Shown here piece after piece: positions 18,153-27,265 of a stretch of 64,000 nucleotides of DNA (position 1 is the stretch's first letter; each line of letters starts with the position of its first letter). The notes beneath the pieces were generated by a model, which saw nothing but the letters and a program-made list of their open reading frames with translations, was not told the DNA's origin and did no database searches. The stretch lies in the IMG/VR virus record IMGVR_UViG_2791355197_000001, positions 23,154 through 87,153 of that record; one strand, given 5' to 3'. Position numbers and translations under genes: made by a program. The stretch comes from a virus.

Positions 18153-19547
18153 TTAGGACTTCAAGGACCGGTTCAGCCCTGCGAGGGCTGCGATCAGGTC
18201 CGCGTCACCAGCGCCAGGCTTGGTGGTGGTGACGTCAGCGCCAGGCTTGACGTCGGTTTGAGCAGCGGCCGCCGCCGGCGTACCGCTCTTCAAATCTCGG
18301 ATGAGCGCACGGAACGTGCCGCGGGACATGCCTTCATGCTCGCCGTCCTTCCGGGTCAAGATCTTCTCGATCTCGCGCACCGCAGGCGTGCCCTCCTGGG
18401 TCGACGCGCTCACGATCATGTTGCGGGCCTGAGCCGCCGGCACATGACCGCGGCGTACGAGGGCCGCCTCGATATGCAGGGCTGCGATCTTCGACTTCGA
18501 GCTCGCCGCGGCGCCCTTGTCTTCCTTGATCTTGTCCTGCGACAGGACGGTATCGGCGAAACCTTCGTCGATCGCCTGTTTGGCGCCGATAAAGGTCTCG
18601 TCGTCCATATAAGTCTCGACGTCGGCGGCCTTCATGCCGGTGCGGGCGACGTAGATGTCCCTCAGCGCCTGATCGAAAGGCTCGAGATAGTCGGCGACCT
18701 CGCGCATGTCGTTGCGGTTGCCGATCGCCATGACCCAGCAATTGTGGATCATGATGAAGGCGCCCTGCCCGATCTGGATTTCGTCGCCGGCCATGGCGAT
18801 CACGGACGCGGCGCTCGCCGCCAACGCCATGACCTTCACGGTGACCTTGCCGGGGTATTGGTTGAGCAGGTTGTAGATCGAGATGCCCTCGAACATATCG
18901 CCGCCCGGCGAATTGATCTGCACCTCAACCGGCTGGCCACCGAAGCTCTTCAGTTGATCAGAGATCGACTTGTCGGTGATGCCGCCACCGGTCCAAAAGT
19001 CGTAGCCGATGACGTCGAAGATCTCGATGACGTTCTTCTCGTCGGCGGCCGCGGCGCGGATGCCGGGGTTCCAGCGAGAGAAGCAATCCGGGCTCGCCGG
19101 CGCCGACGACGCCAGATCCGATCGCGGCTGCACCTCAATCCGCGGCGGGCGGTTAGCGACAGCGATCACCGACGCGTTCGGCCCCTTGCCGCCGTCGGCC
19201 TGGCTCGAGTCCGTGTCTCCGTCGATTTCGTCGAGCAGCGCGCCGGCGGCGTCATAGACAGCCTTGTCCTTCTGCGAGCTCGAGCGCTGCCTGATCGCGA
19301 CCAACGCACTGCGGTAGATCTTGCCATCCTTGGCGAAGGGGTACTTCCAGTGGTCTTTGGTGTCGAAGTTCTCGGTCGTGTCGATACCGAGATGATGCTT
19401 GCCGTAGTTCGCCCAGTCGGTACCGGCATCGCCGAGAAGCGCGTTGCCGTCGTCGGCGGTGAACGACCACGCCGAGTCCCGATCGATGTTGTCGCCGGCA
19501 ATGAGGTCGCGCGCATAGGCGCGGCCGGCGCGATTGAGATCAGCCAT
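18153..19547 (-). CDS. Prohead maturation protease, ClpP/S14 type, with N-terminal extension
   Basis: INSPGGDMFEG, LAASAASVIAMAGD, MIHNCW catalytic motifs. Confidence 0.9.
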   Translation of the reverse strand: MADLNRAGRAYARDLIAGDNIDRDSAWSFTADDGNALLGDAGTDWANYGKHHLGIDTTENFDTKDHWKYPFAKDGKIYRSALVAIRQRSSSQKDKAVYDAAGALLDEIDGDTDSSQADGGKGPNASVIAVANRPPRIEVQPRSDLASSAPASPDCFSRWNPGIRAAAADEKNVIEIFDVIGYDFWTGGGITDKSISDQLKSFGGQPVEVQINSPGGDMFEGISIYNLLNQYPGKVTVKVMALAASAASVIAMAGDEIQIGQGAFIMIHNCWVMAIGNRNDMREVADYLEPFDQALRDIYVARTGMKAADVETYMDDETFIGAKQAIDEGFADTVLSQDKIKEDKGAAASSKSKIAALHIEAALVRRGHVPAAQARNMIVSASTQEGTPAVREIEKILTRKDGEHEGMSRGTFRALIRDLKSGTPAAAAAQTDVKPGADVTTTKPGAGDADLIAALAGLNRSLKS

Positions 19548-19562
19548 GTGCCCTCTCGTCGA

Positions 19563-20861
19563 TTATGGTGATGTCGGAGCGTTCGGATCGTGCGCGGCCA
19601 AGGCATCTGTCGCCTTGCTGGCATCCTGCATGTTGACAGCCTGCAGGTACGTCTGCCCGATGCCGTCAGGCAGCGGATTTTCGTCTTCCATCTCGCGGAT
19701 GTCGTCAGCGTTCCACCAACCCCATTGGCGGCCAACGGCATACGACAACACACGCGTCTTGATGTCGGCCCGCAGAAGCCCGGCCGGATTGACCCGGACA
19801 TATAGATTCGGATCGTCCTCAGGCTGAAGGTCGCGCTTGATCGCGTCCGCCCACATCGTGAACCAGTCCTGGAGCGTGTAGGCAACGAACCCGATGCCCA
19901 TCTGCTCGATGCCGGATCCCCACGAGGTCTGCTTCGTCGTCAGGCCGACCATGAACGGCGGCACACCGAAGAACATGCAAATCTCGGTCGCCGTGATCTC
20001 GCGGTTCTGGATGAACTGGATATCCTCGTTGCTGAGGTCGACCTTCTCCCACTTCAACCCACCCTCGAGGATGAGGGTCTTGTGTGCGTTGTCGGCACCG
20101 CGATACTCGTCGAGGCTTGCTTTCAGGCGATCCTTATCCGGATCATCCATTTCCCCCTCGGTGGACAGGACAGTCCCAACCGAAGTGCCATTTTTGTACA
20201 TCTTGGCCAGCCGCTTCTCGGACTGGATCGAGATGCCAAGCGTTTCGCGCGCGAAGCCGAGCACGGACAAGCCGTTGATGCCGTCGAGCGACATGCCGCG
20301 AAGGTGCAGGATGTCTTCCTGCCCGATCGTGACCTGCCCGCCGTCCGGCCGTGTGTAGGTATACGTCAGCGTAAAGTCGGCGTTCTGCTTCACCTGCATT
20401 GCGCCGATCAGCGGAATAAGCCACTTGATCTTGCCGAGCGCGCCGCGGACGATCAGCGCGTAACCGTTGCCGCGCATCAGCACCATCATCTGCATGAGGC
20501 GCTTGAATTCGCTCGGCGTCTGCCAAGGGTTGGGCTTGGTCTTCAGGACGCTCCAGATCGCAGCGTCCTCGGCGTCGACTCGGTTCTTGCCGACGCGCCG
20601 CTTGATGTCCATCGGGAGCGTCGCTAGAGCACCGCAGATGATGGCGGAACAGCGATATGCGGTCGCGACCTTCAGCGCATTATGCGGCGTAACCGGCGCG
20701 CCTGCCTCGCTTTCATAACCGCGGCCGCGCAGCCATTCCGAGACGCGAGGATCCTCGAGGTCGAACACGTCCGAAACCTCGACGGACGCGTTGATCCGCG
20801 GCTCGCGCCGCTGCTCGACCGGAACACCGCCGCCTGGTCTGAAGAAATCGAAAAATCCCAT
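19563..20861 (-). CDS. Portal protein, HK97 family
   Basis: KPNPWQTPSEF, GNGYALI, ILHLRGMSLDGINGLS, FFGVPPFMVG. Confidence 0.95.
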   Translation of the reverse strand: MGFFDFFRPGGGVPVEQRREPRINASVEVSDVFDLEDPRVSEWLRGRGYESEAGAPVTPHNALKVATAYRCSAIICGALATLPMDIKRRVGKNRVDAEDAAIWSVLKTKPNPWQTPSEFKRLMQMMVLMRGNGYALIVRGALGKIKWLIPLIGAMQVKQNADFTLTYTYTRPDGGQVTIGQEDILHLRGMSLDGINGLSVLGFARETLGISIQSEKRLAKMYKNGTSVGTVLSTEGEMDDPDKDRLKASLDEYRGADNAHKTLILEGGLKWEKVDLSNEDIQFIQNREITATEICMFFGVPPFMVGLTTKQTSWGSGIEQMGIGFVAYTLQDWFTMWADAIKRDLQPEDDPNLYVRVNPAGLLRADIKTRVLSYAVGRQWGWWNADDIREMEDENPLPDGIGQTYLQAVNMQDASKATDALAAHDPNAPTSP

Positions 20862-20870
20862 TCAGACCCC

Positions 20871-22553
20871 TCAAAGGACCGTGGCCCTCGGCTTTGCGCG
20901 GCCATGAGCCTTCGGGTTGGTCGCCATCAGATAGGCGGAGTTGAACATCGCGATCGCGGGATCGATCTTCGCGTCGCCAGCGGTTTGCTTCGTCGCGCGG
21001 ATCGCTGTTGCCGTCGGCTCGATCTTCAGGTTGCTGACGCACCAATCCATCATCGAGCTCGGTGCGTGCCGAAGCTTTCCCGAGACCAGCATGCGTTCGC
21101 AGGTCTTGATGCTGTTCATCATGCCGAACCCCTGCGGGGCGCCGATGAGCAGCTTGTTGTCGACGGTGATGTCGACTTCCTTGTCTGCCAATGCGTCGAC
21201 GAACTCGCCGAGACCGGCCGGGTCGACTGCGACACCACCGAGGAGCCGCCGGTCCTTCACCAGCTTGATGATGCGGACGATCTTCGAGATGTCCTGCAGC
21301 GAGTCGTCGACGATGGTGAGATCGCCCTCCTTCTCGAATTGAAGCAGGCGCGGCGCGATCGACTGCCTGAGCTCGAGCACGCCGCGGTGGCACCAGGCGT
21401 GGACCCAAAGGAGCCAGTCGCGCGTTTCGCGGTGCCGGCCCATCAGGCTGAGACCGAACAAGTCGTCGAGGCCGCCGCCGTCAATGCCGGGGACGATGAC
21501 GTCGCAAACCTTGAAGAGATGCCGAAGCGTGATCCTGTCGTCGTCTCGCTTCTGCCAATGCGCGGCACCAGCCCAGCGGTTGGCCCGCAGGTTCATGCCG
21601 ATCTCGACGTTGAGATGCTTGGCTAGGAAGGTGTTGAGCGCGAGATCGCTGCCGCGCTGGGCCTTGATCAATTCGCCCAGCAACCACTCGGTGCTGACGG
21701 ACTTGTCGAGGTTTGGGTTCGTGATCCGCCAGTTCGACGGATCGAGATAAGCCTTCTTGGCCAGCAGCGCGGCCGGGAATTCGTAGAGCACGCCAAGGCT
21801 GGTCGGATCCACGATCTTTCCGTCTCGGACGTCGCGGAAGTAGTCCAGCTTCTCCTTGAACACGCCGGTCGGTGGAGCGTCCGACTGGGTCGTGAGGAAG
21901 ATGACAAAACCTTCCGGCCTCGATACCAGGCCGCCGAGCGCCTCCTGGAACATCGCAGAGGCATTGGCGCGCTTGCCGAAGATCCAGAGCTCGTCGATCA
22001 GGACGAAGGCAGCCTTCTTGCCGCCGACGACATCGGTATCGGCGGCGACCACCTTGAGGACAGCGTCGGTGGTCAGATGCGTGATCTGCCGGTAGTTGTC
22101 CTGGACGTGCAGCAGATCCTTCAGCTTGGGGTGCAGCCGGACCATGGCTGCCGCCGGCACGAACGAGTTGTTGGCGATCTCGATCGTCGGCGCCAGGATC
22201 AGCAGTTCGGCGCCGTGCCGCCAGTTCCGCACCAGCGCGGTGACCATGATGCCGGCAGCGATCGTCGACTTGGTGTTCTTCTTGCTGATCAGCAGCAAGA
22301 ATTCGCGGATCAGCCGCTTCGCCTGCCCGTGGTCATAGGCGCCGAAGATCGCCCGAACGAATTCGAATACCCAAGGCTCGCAGACCTCGCCGAAGGTCGG
22401 TTGTCGCGGCAGATCGTAGATCCGGAGCGACTTAAACACCTCGAGGGCGGCGTCGGCCTCGCTCGGGAACAGCGGCTCGAACGGGATCAGGCTCTGGCCC
22501 GCAATGATCCTCCGTTCCCAGTCCGGGCAAGCCGTAGACCAAGCCAGGGTCAT
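20871..22553 (-). CDS. terL: Terminase large subunit
   Basis: ISKKNTKST Walker A, LIDELW Walker B, GIDGGGLDDL nuclease motif, KIDPAIA. Confidence 0.95.
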   Translation of the reverse strand: MTLAWSTACPDWERRIIAGQSLIPFEPLFPSEADAALEVFKSLRIYDLPRQPTFGEVCEPWVFEFVRAIFGAYDHGQAKRLIREFLLLISKKNTKSTIAAGIMVTALVRNWRHGAELLILAPTIEIANNSFVPAAAMVRLHPKLKDLLHVQDNYRQITHLTTDAVLKVVAADTDVVGGKKAAFVLIDELWIFGKRANASAMFQEALGGLVSRPEGFVIFLTTQSDAPPTGVFKEKLDYFRDVRDGKIVDPTSLGVLYEFPAALLAKKAYLDPSNWRITNPNLDKSVSTEWLLGELIKAQRGSDLALNTFLAKHLNVEIGMNLRANRWAGAAHWQKRDDDRITLRHLFKVCDVIVPGIDGGGLDDLFGLSLMGRHRETRDWLLWVHAWCHRGVLELRQSIAPRLLQFEKEGDLTIVDDSLQDISKIVRIIKLVKDRRLLGGVAVDPAGLGEFVDALADKEVDITVDNKLLIGAPQGFGMMNSIKTCERMLVSGKLRHAPSSMMDWCVSNLKIEPTATAIRATKQTAGDAKIDPAIAMFNSAYLMATNPKAHGRAKPRATVL

Positions 22554-22747
22554 TGCGATCGCGAAGACCTATGGCGCCGGCGAAGATCCTTGTGCCAGCC
22601 CGTCACGAGAGGCTCAGCGCGCCGCTTGCCACACCGCGATAGGATGCCGATGGCCCGATCAAGGGGGCAATGCGGCAGGCGACGCATGATCCGCATGGTG
22701 ACGATGCGCCGACCAGGGCGCTCTTCGTACGACGACCGCCCGCGCAT
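22550..22747 (-). CDS. Arg-rich 65 aa ORF between terS and terL
   Basis: Fills the gap exactly and overlaps the terL start (ATGA); no recognisable family. Confidence 0.35.
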   Translation of the reverse strand: MRGRSSYEERPGRRIVTMRIMRRLPHCPLDRAIGILSRCGKRRAEPLVTGWHKDLRRRHRSSRSQ

Positions 22748-22752
22748 GCCGG

Positions 22753-23208
22753 CTACTCGTTGACCGCGGTATTGTCGATCACCAGGCCAATCTTCGGTGG
22801 CTCAGGCGGCTGAAATGCCCCCGATGAAGCCACTCGCTCCGCCGCGGCCTTGCGCTCCGCCTTCTTCCCGACCTTCTCCGGCGCCGGCGGTGCAGCCGGT
22901 ACCTCGACGCCGGCGTTTCCGAGATCGGCGATCGCCTGAGCAGCGGCCGACACCCGGGTCATCTCCTCGAGCTTCTTGATGCAGGTGGCGTTGCCCTTCT
23001 TCGCCTGCTTGAAGAGCATCCCGACCACTTCGGCCCGCTTCTTGGCCACACCGGTCGCAATCTCTTCGGGGAAGGACTTCACCAGCGTCGGCGTCGAGAT
23101 CCCGAGCACTCGAGCGCATTCATCCTGGGACATTCCGCACGAGATCCACTCCTCGACCTTCGTGCGCTGCGCTTTCGTCGGTTTGAACGCCGGCCGACCT
23201 CGGGCCAT
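22753..23208 (-). CDS. terS: Terminase small subunit
   Basis: MARGRPAFKPT...GMSQDECARVLGISTPTLVKSF (HTH), GKKAER C-terminus; upstream of terL. Confidence 0.8.
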   Translation of the reverse strand: MARGRPAFKPTKAQRTKVEEWISCGMSQDECARVLGISTPTLVKSFPEEIATGVAKKRAEVVGMLFKQAKKGNATCIKKLEEMTRVSAAAQAIADLGNAGVEVPAAPPAPEKVGKKAERKAAAERVASSGAFQPPEPPKIGLVIDNTAVNE

Positions 23209-23264
23209 GCCGAAACTCCAATTTCTTTGCCGTTTTGGGTGAACTGGACGAAATTTCCGGTCGG

Positions 23265-23350
23265 CCCAAAAAAAATTGTGCGAATGAGCCCCCGTGCGGT
23301 AGGGGGTCCCGCCGGTTCCTAGACTTTTCGACCCCATACCCCTTGGCCTC
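23265..23350 (-). other. Putative cos / packaging-initiation region
   Basis: Minus-strand GGGGTATGGGGTCGAAAAGTCTAGGAACCGGCG...GCACAATTTTTTTT just upstream of terS; resembles the G-run/A-T-run layout I recall upstream of terS in HK97-like phages (pattern recall, not verified). Confidence 0.4.
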
Positions 23351-23558
23351 GAGCGGCTGGCCGGCATGGCGCGCGCTGGCGTGTCGTCGGCGCTGGCGCT
23401 GGATTGGTCGGGGCGTTCGGCCTGGCTGATCAGTGTCAGCCGATATGCTGGCGCCCGTGGCGCCGCGCCGCGCGCGGCAACCGTCCGCGCTCTCTCTCGC
23501 CTGTCTGTCTAGGTGGTGACGTTCTGTTGACGTGGCAGGCGCGCGCCGATCCGCCGAG

Positions 23559-23732
23559 CTAGGCCGCACCATGCGGCGCGCTATCGCTGGGCATTGCGTC
23601 CCATGCGTCGGCGCTGGTGATGGTGCTGCGCTCAACCCGGATGACTGGCAGCACAATGACGGTTGCAGGCTGGCGCCGTTGTCGGCGGGCTCCGCGTGGC
23701 GCGCTGGGCGGTAGCTCGACTACCTCGCCCAT
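23559..23732 (-). CDS. Small hypothetical protein
   Basis: MGEVVELPPS...PATVIVLPVIRVER, 57 aa. Confidence 0.4.
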   Translation of the reverse strand: MGEVVELPPSAPRGARRQRRQPATVIVLPVIRVERSTITSADAWDAMPSDSAPHGAA

Positions 23733-23751
23733 GCCGTGCCCCTGACATGCG

Positions 23752-23785
23752 AAACCCGCCAAGGCGGTGCGACCTGGCGGGCTTT
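23752..23785. terminator. Hairpin, possible terminator
   Basis: AAACCCGCCA/TGGCGGGCTTT imperfect inverted repeat. Confidence 0.4.
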
Positions 23786-23960
23786 GGTTTGCAGCGACAA
23801 TGCGCCGAATGCCTGTTCTGAATCGCAAATTGAGTCGGCTGTCAAACCGCTGTCGCACGGGTTGGCAGTGGATGACGGCGCCGACGGCGCTTGATGCATC
23901 TCAATTCCGTGATAGTTGCGGACTGGATGACTGCGGCATAACTCAATCTTGAGGCGTCCA

Positions 23961-24272
23961 ATGACCGATACAAAGGCGAGCAAGGGCACGGCCAAACGCA
24001 AGCCAGCAAGCCGGGCCTTCTCTTCCGCTGATGCTTCACTGAGAATCAGCGCGGCTGAATTCCGGGCCTGGCAGGAAGGCGCCAGCCTCTCGAATGCCGC
24101 AGCTGCGCGCCTGCTCTACGTGTCTGAAAATACCTTGGCGCAGTACCGGGCCAATGGTGCGGGGCCGGATATCGCGCGCCAGATTTGGGCGATCATTGCC
24201 GGGATAAGGCCGGATACTGGACGGCAGCGCGCCGAATTGCTGGGCCGGATCAATGCCGCGCTAGGCGCCTAA
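23961..24272 (+). CDS. Cro/XRE-like HTH protein, first gene of the plus-strand array
   Basis: GAGG RBS before ATG 23961; ISAAEFRAWQEGASLSNAAAARLLYVSENTLAQY HTH pattern. Confidence 0.7.
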   Translation: MTDTKASKGTAKRKPASRAFSSADASLRISAAEFRAWQEGASLSNAAAARLLYVSENTLAQYRANGAGPDIARQIWAIIAGIRPDTGRQRAELLGRINAALGA

Positions 24273-24414
24273 TGCCTCAATATTGCGATACCAAGCCGGG
24301 CCATTCTAACTTTTTTTCGCAATTTTGCGTTTTGCCAGTTGACGGCCGCGCCGATATCTGCGCATGTACGCATCACCACGGCGCGATTGTGCGCAACTTC
24401 AAAGGCCCGGCGAA

Positions 24415-24588
24415 ATGATCCCCTTCATTTCCTTTTGTATCGCTAACCCGGCTTTCACTCTGGCCATGCTCGCAGCGATCTATACCGCTTGCTGGGCCGC
24501 CCTCGTCCCCTTCCTTTACGCGCCCGCCAAGTCTCGGCGCCTTTCGATCCGGCGCCGCGCGCGCCGCTCCAGCTTGTCGCGCCGCTGA
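24415..24588 (+). CDS. Small membrane protein (57 aa)
   Basis: Follows motif A copy 1; hydrophobic N-terminal half and Arg-rich tail. Confidence 0.55.
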   Translation: MIPFISFCIANPAFTLAMLAAIYTACWAALVPFLYAPAKSRRLSIRRRARRSSLSRR

Positions 24589-24639
24589 GGCGGTGCGGCT
24601 CAACCCGCGCAATCGTGCGCAACTGAAAAGGCAAACTCG

Positions 24640-24711
24640 ATGAAAGACTTTCTTCTCTTCCTCGCCGTGGCGTTCGTTGGAACGCTTGTAATCGTCGCCT
24701 GCTGTATCTGA
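24640..24711 (+). CDS. 23 aa hydrophobic peptide MKDFLLFLAVAFVGTLVIVACCI
   Basis: Follows motif A copy 2 and AAAAGG; single-TM composition; below the ORF-track cutoff. Confidence 0.55.
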   Translation: MKDFLLFLAVAFVGTLVIVACCI

Positions 24712-24803
24712 CGATTTGCAGCCTATGCCGTGCACGTCGCGGCATAAACGGCAAATCGCCGAACCCCGCGCAATTGTGCGCAACTCCAAAGGAAGTAACT
24801 GCA

Positions 24804-25682
24804 ATGACTGTCTACACCTCAACCGCCCGTTTCGATGGTACCGCCCGCGCTCTCACCGAGAACGAATTGCGCAAGCTGGCGCCGTCGGTTTTCGCGGTCG
24901 ACGCTCACCATTCACGTTCCGAACGCTTCCAGCCTATCCCGACGTTTGACGTGCTGCGCGCGCTGATGGCGGAAGGCTTCCAGCCCGTCGGCGCGAAACA
25001 GAGCGTTGCCCGGCTCGATGATCGCCGCGACTTCACCAAGCATCTGATCCGCCTGCGCCGTCTCGACAACGCCGCAACCTACACCGTCGGTGACACCGTC
25101 TGCGAAATTCTCCTCAAGAATGCCAATGACGGGACATCGGCCTATGACTTGATCGCCGGGCTTTTCCGTGTCCGTTGCCTCAACAGCCTTGTGGCGCAGG
25201 TCGGCACCGTCGAATCCGTCAAGGTCCGCCACACCGGCACCGCGCAGGATGTTTCGCACAAGGTGATTGAGGGCACCTATCGCGTGCTGGGCGAGGCCCA
25301 GAAGGCTCTATCGGCGCCGCAGGACTGGGCGCGCCTGGCACTCGACCGCGACGAAAAGCAGGTGCTGGCAGAAGCCGCGCACGTTCTGCGGTTCGGTGAT
25401 GCGGAAGGCGAAACGAATACGCCGATTCAGCCCGCGCAGTTGCTGCAGCCGCGTCGCCGCGACGACGTCGCCGCCGATCTCTGGACTACGTTCAATGTGG
25501 TTCAGGAAAACGTCATCCGTGGCGGGCTGTCAGCTCGCGGGCTCGATGCCAACGGCCGCCGCCGTCGCGTCACGACTCGCGCCGTTAACGGGATTGATCA
25601 AGACGTGAAACTGAACCGCGCCCTTTTCACGCTCGCGGCCAAAATGGCGGAGCTCAAAGGCGCGGCTCGCATCGCGGCCTAA
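24804..25682 (+). CDS. DUF932 family protein
   Basis: LAPSVFAVDAHHSRSERFQPIPT, FTKHLIRLR, LKNANDGTSAY, GLFRVRCLNSLV, DLWTTFNVVQENVIRGG. Confidence 0.9.
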   Translation: MTVYTSTARFDGTARALTENELRKLAPSVFAVDAHHSRSERFQPIPTFDVLRALMAEGFQPVGAKQSVARLDDRRDFTKHLIRLRRLDNAATYTVGDTVCEILLKNANDGTSAYDLIAGLFRVRCLNSLVAQVGTVESVKVRHTGTAQDVSHKVIEGTYRVLGEAQKALSAPQDWARLALDRDEKQVLAEAAHVLRFGDAEGETNTPIQPAQLLQPRRRDDVAADLWTTFNVVQENVIRGGLSARGLDANGRRRRVTTRAVNGIDQDVKLNRALFTLAAKMAELKGAARIAA

Positions 25683-25694
25683 GCGATTGCAGCC

Positions 25695-25719
25695 CATGCC
25701 CGGGCTTGTCCCGGGCATG
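25695..25719. repeat. Rhizobial REP-like palindrome CATGCCCGGG-CTTGT-CCCGGGCATG
   Basis: Perfect 10 bp stem; resembles the extragenic palindromes I recall from Bradyrhizobium-group genomes. Confidence 0.6.
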
Positions 25720-25776
25720 ATCGGCAACCGCCGGAAACCGCGCAATTGTGCGCAACTCGAAAAAGGGAAAATTGCC

Positions 25777-25881
25777 ATGAAGTATCGCCGCCACGATTCC
25801 GACCGCAAGCCAACCGACAAGCGGACTCGCCGCGCCGTGCTGAGCCAAGGCAAGCGCGCCTTTCTGAATTCCTGCCTCTGA
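25777..25881 (+). CDS. 34 aa basic peptide
   Basis: MKYRRHDSDRKPTDKRTRRAVLSQGKRAFLNSCL after motif A copy 4. Confidence 0.55.
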   Translation: MKYRRHDSDRKPTDKRTRRAVLSQGKRAFLNSCL

Positions 25882-25893
25882 GGAGCTAGGCCT

Positions 25894-26190
25894 ATGCCTG
25901 TTATCGAACTGGACGGCGCAGTCTATTTCAATTGCTGTACCGGCACCGCTGCGCCGGATTGGTCTCAATTCGTCGCGCTCGAAACCGGCGGCTGCACTAC
26001 GGAAACAGACGCGCGAACGGGCCAAGAATGGACCAACGGCGGAGAGCCGGACGACGTTGCCGAATTCTGGACTGTTTACGGCCGCCTGAAGGAAGGCGGT
26101 TGCGAGGCCATTACGGATTGCAAGACGCGGGCTGAGGTTGACGCGGTCGCGCTCCGCCTCTCCGAGCTATCCGGGCTTCCCGTTCATTGA
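25894..26190 (+). CDS. Acidic hypothetical protein (98 aa)
   Basis: GAGG RBS; EFWTVYGRLKEGGCEAITDC. Confidence 0.7.
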   Translation: MPVIELDGAVYFNCCTGTAAPDWSQFVALETGGCTTETDARTGQEWTNGGEPDDVAEFWTVYGRLKEGGCEAITDCKTRAEVDAVALRLSELSGLPVH

Positions 26191-26282
26191 CGTTGCGACA
26201 CTGCGCAGGCCTGGCCCTGCGCAGCACGGAACGCCAAAGCGGACTAACGCGCGATTGTGCGCAACTCAAAAGGACTCTGGAT

Positions 26283-26486
26283 ATGCGAGGGATTTGGACT
26301 CTCTACGTCGACCAATACGGCAACCGCTGGGGCGCCAGCACGGTTGCGGAGCTGCGCGGCAAGATCGGCGGCGGGCGCATCGCCAAGATGTATCGCGACA
26401 AGGCGAACGGCCGCGCCGTCCACTGCGGCTACATCATCGGTTCGCATTGGTGCACCGCTTATAGGCCTGTCGAGGTGCCCGCATGA
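26283..26486 (+). CDS. Hypothetical protein (67 aa)
   Basis: After motif A copy 5; MRGIWTLYVDQYGN...KMYRDK...HCGYIIG. Confidence 0.7.
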   Translation: MRGIWTLYVDQYGNRWGASTVAELRGKIGGGRIAKMYRDKANGRAVHCGYIIGSHWCTAYRPVEVPA

Positions 26487-26623
26487 TGGCGGAGACATTC
26501 ATTCCCGACAACATCCACGGGATTCCCGTTGGCTTCTACACGGACCGCGGAATCGCCGCGCTGCTGCGCAGTTTCTGCCGTTATCCCGCCGCGGTGCGGT
26601 TCATTGCGGACATGCTGGAATAG
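26483..26623 (+). CDS. Hypothetical protein (46 aa)
   Basis: ATGA-coupled; MMAETFIPDNIHGIPVGFY...FIADMLE. Confidence 0.55.
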   Translation: MMAETFIPDNIHGIPVGFYTDRGIAALLRSFCRYPAAVRFIADMLE

Positions 26624-26691
26624 CGCGGGCCTGGCCCGCCGACGTTTCGAACCCGCGCGATTGTGCGCAACTGAAAGAGGAGCAATTCAAC

Positions 26692-27255
26692 ATGGCTTGG
26701 CAGTTCTATGACTTTTTCGTCCATCCGACTATCCACGGGCCGATGCCGGAAAAGCGCTGGATTCCGGCCGCAAACGACAAGCCGCACAAGGTGCGGCGTA
26801 GCTCGAAAGTCACCCGCACCGCTGGCGGCGTGTCCGCTGACGATTTGAACGAACGCCACGCAATCGAGTACGCGCGTTGGCTGGCGCGGCGAGACAACGC
26901 CGATATCCCGTCCGGTACCTCGCCGCTAATCATCTGGGACGGCGTGACAGACGCCGCCGGAAAATGGCGCAAGCGCGCCCGTGCAGTCGAGTTTGGCACG
27001 CGGCGGACAACTCACACCGGCTACGGCCGAAACGCCTGCACAACGCACCACTGGGACGTCGCCGCCCGGATCGAAATTCCGCATTGGGATTGGCAGCCCG
27101 CCGAACCGGTTGAGGAGATCACTCCGGAAGCGGTACCGGTCCCGGTTGCGCCTTCCTTCAAGATCCCGGGCAGGATCCTGCGGACATCATGCCTTGTGCC
27201 AGTTTTGGCGCGTGTCCCGGTTGCGCCTTCCTGCGCAATTCGGCTTGCGGCTTGA
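26692..27255 (+). CDS. Hypothetical protein (187 aa)
   Basis: After motif A copy 6 and GAGGAG; MAWQFYDFF...SCAIRLAA. Confidence 0.7.
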   Translation: MAWQFYDFFVHPTIHGPMPEKRWIPAANDKPHKVRRSSKVTRTAGGVSADDLNERHAIEYARWLARRDNADIPSGTSPLIIWDGVTDAAGKWRKRARAVEFGTRRTTHTGYGRNACTTHHWDVAARIEIPHWDWQPAEPVEEITPEAVPVPVAPSFKIPGRILRTSCLVPVLARVPVAPSCAIRLAA

Positions 27256-27265
27256 GACGGCGCCG

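Noticed and set aside
11539-19571. Long plus-strand ORFs (512, 517 and 475 aa) opposite tail tube, capsid and protease
   Set aside because: Shadow frames produced by high-GC codon bias; the sequences are Arg/Gly/His-rich with no motifs or RBS.
23360-23560. GC-rich low-complexity tract (CGCG and CT/GT runs) as a structured RNA gene
   Set aside because: No recognisable family or clear boundaries; more simply explained as packaging-proximal non-coding DNA.
24339-24368. Sigma70 promoter at TTGACG upstream of the first cassette
   Set aside because: The -35 hexamer is good but there is no convincing -10 at 16-18 nt spacing; mentioned only as context.
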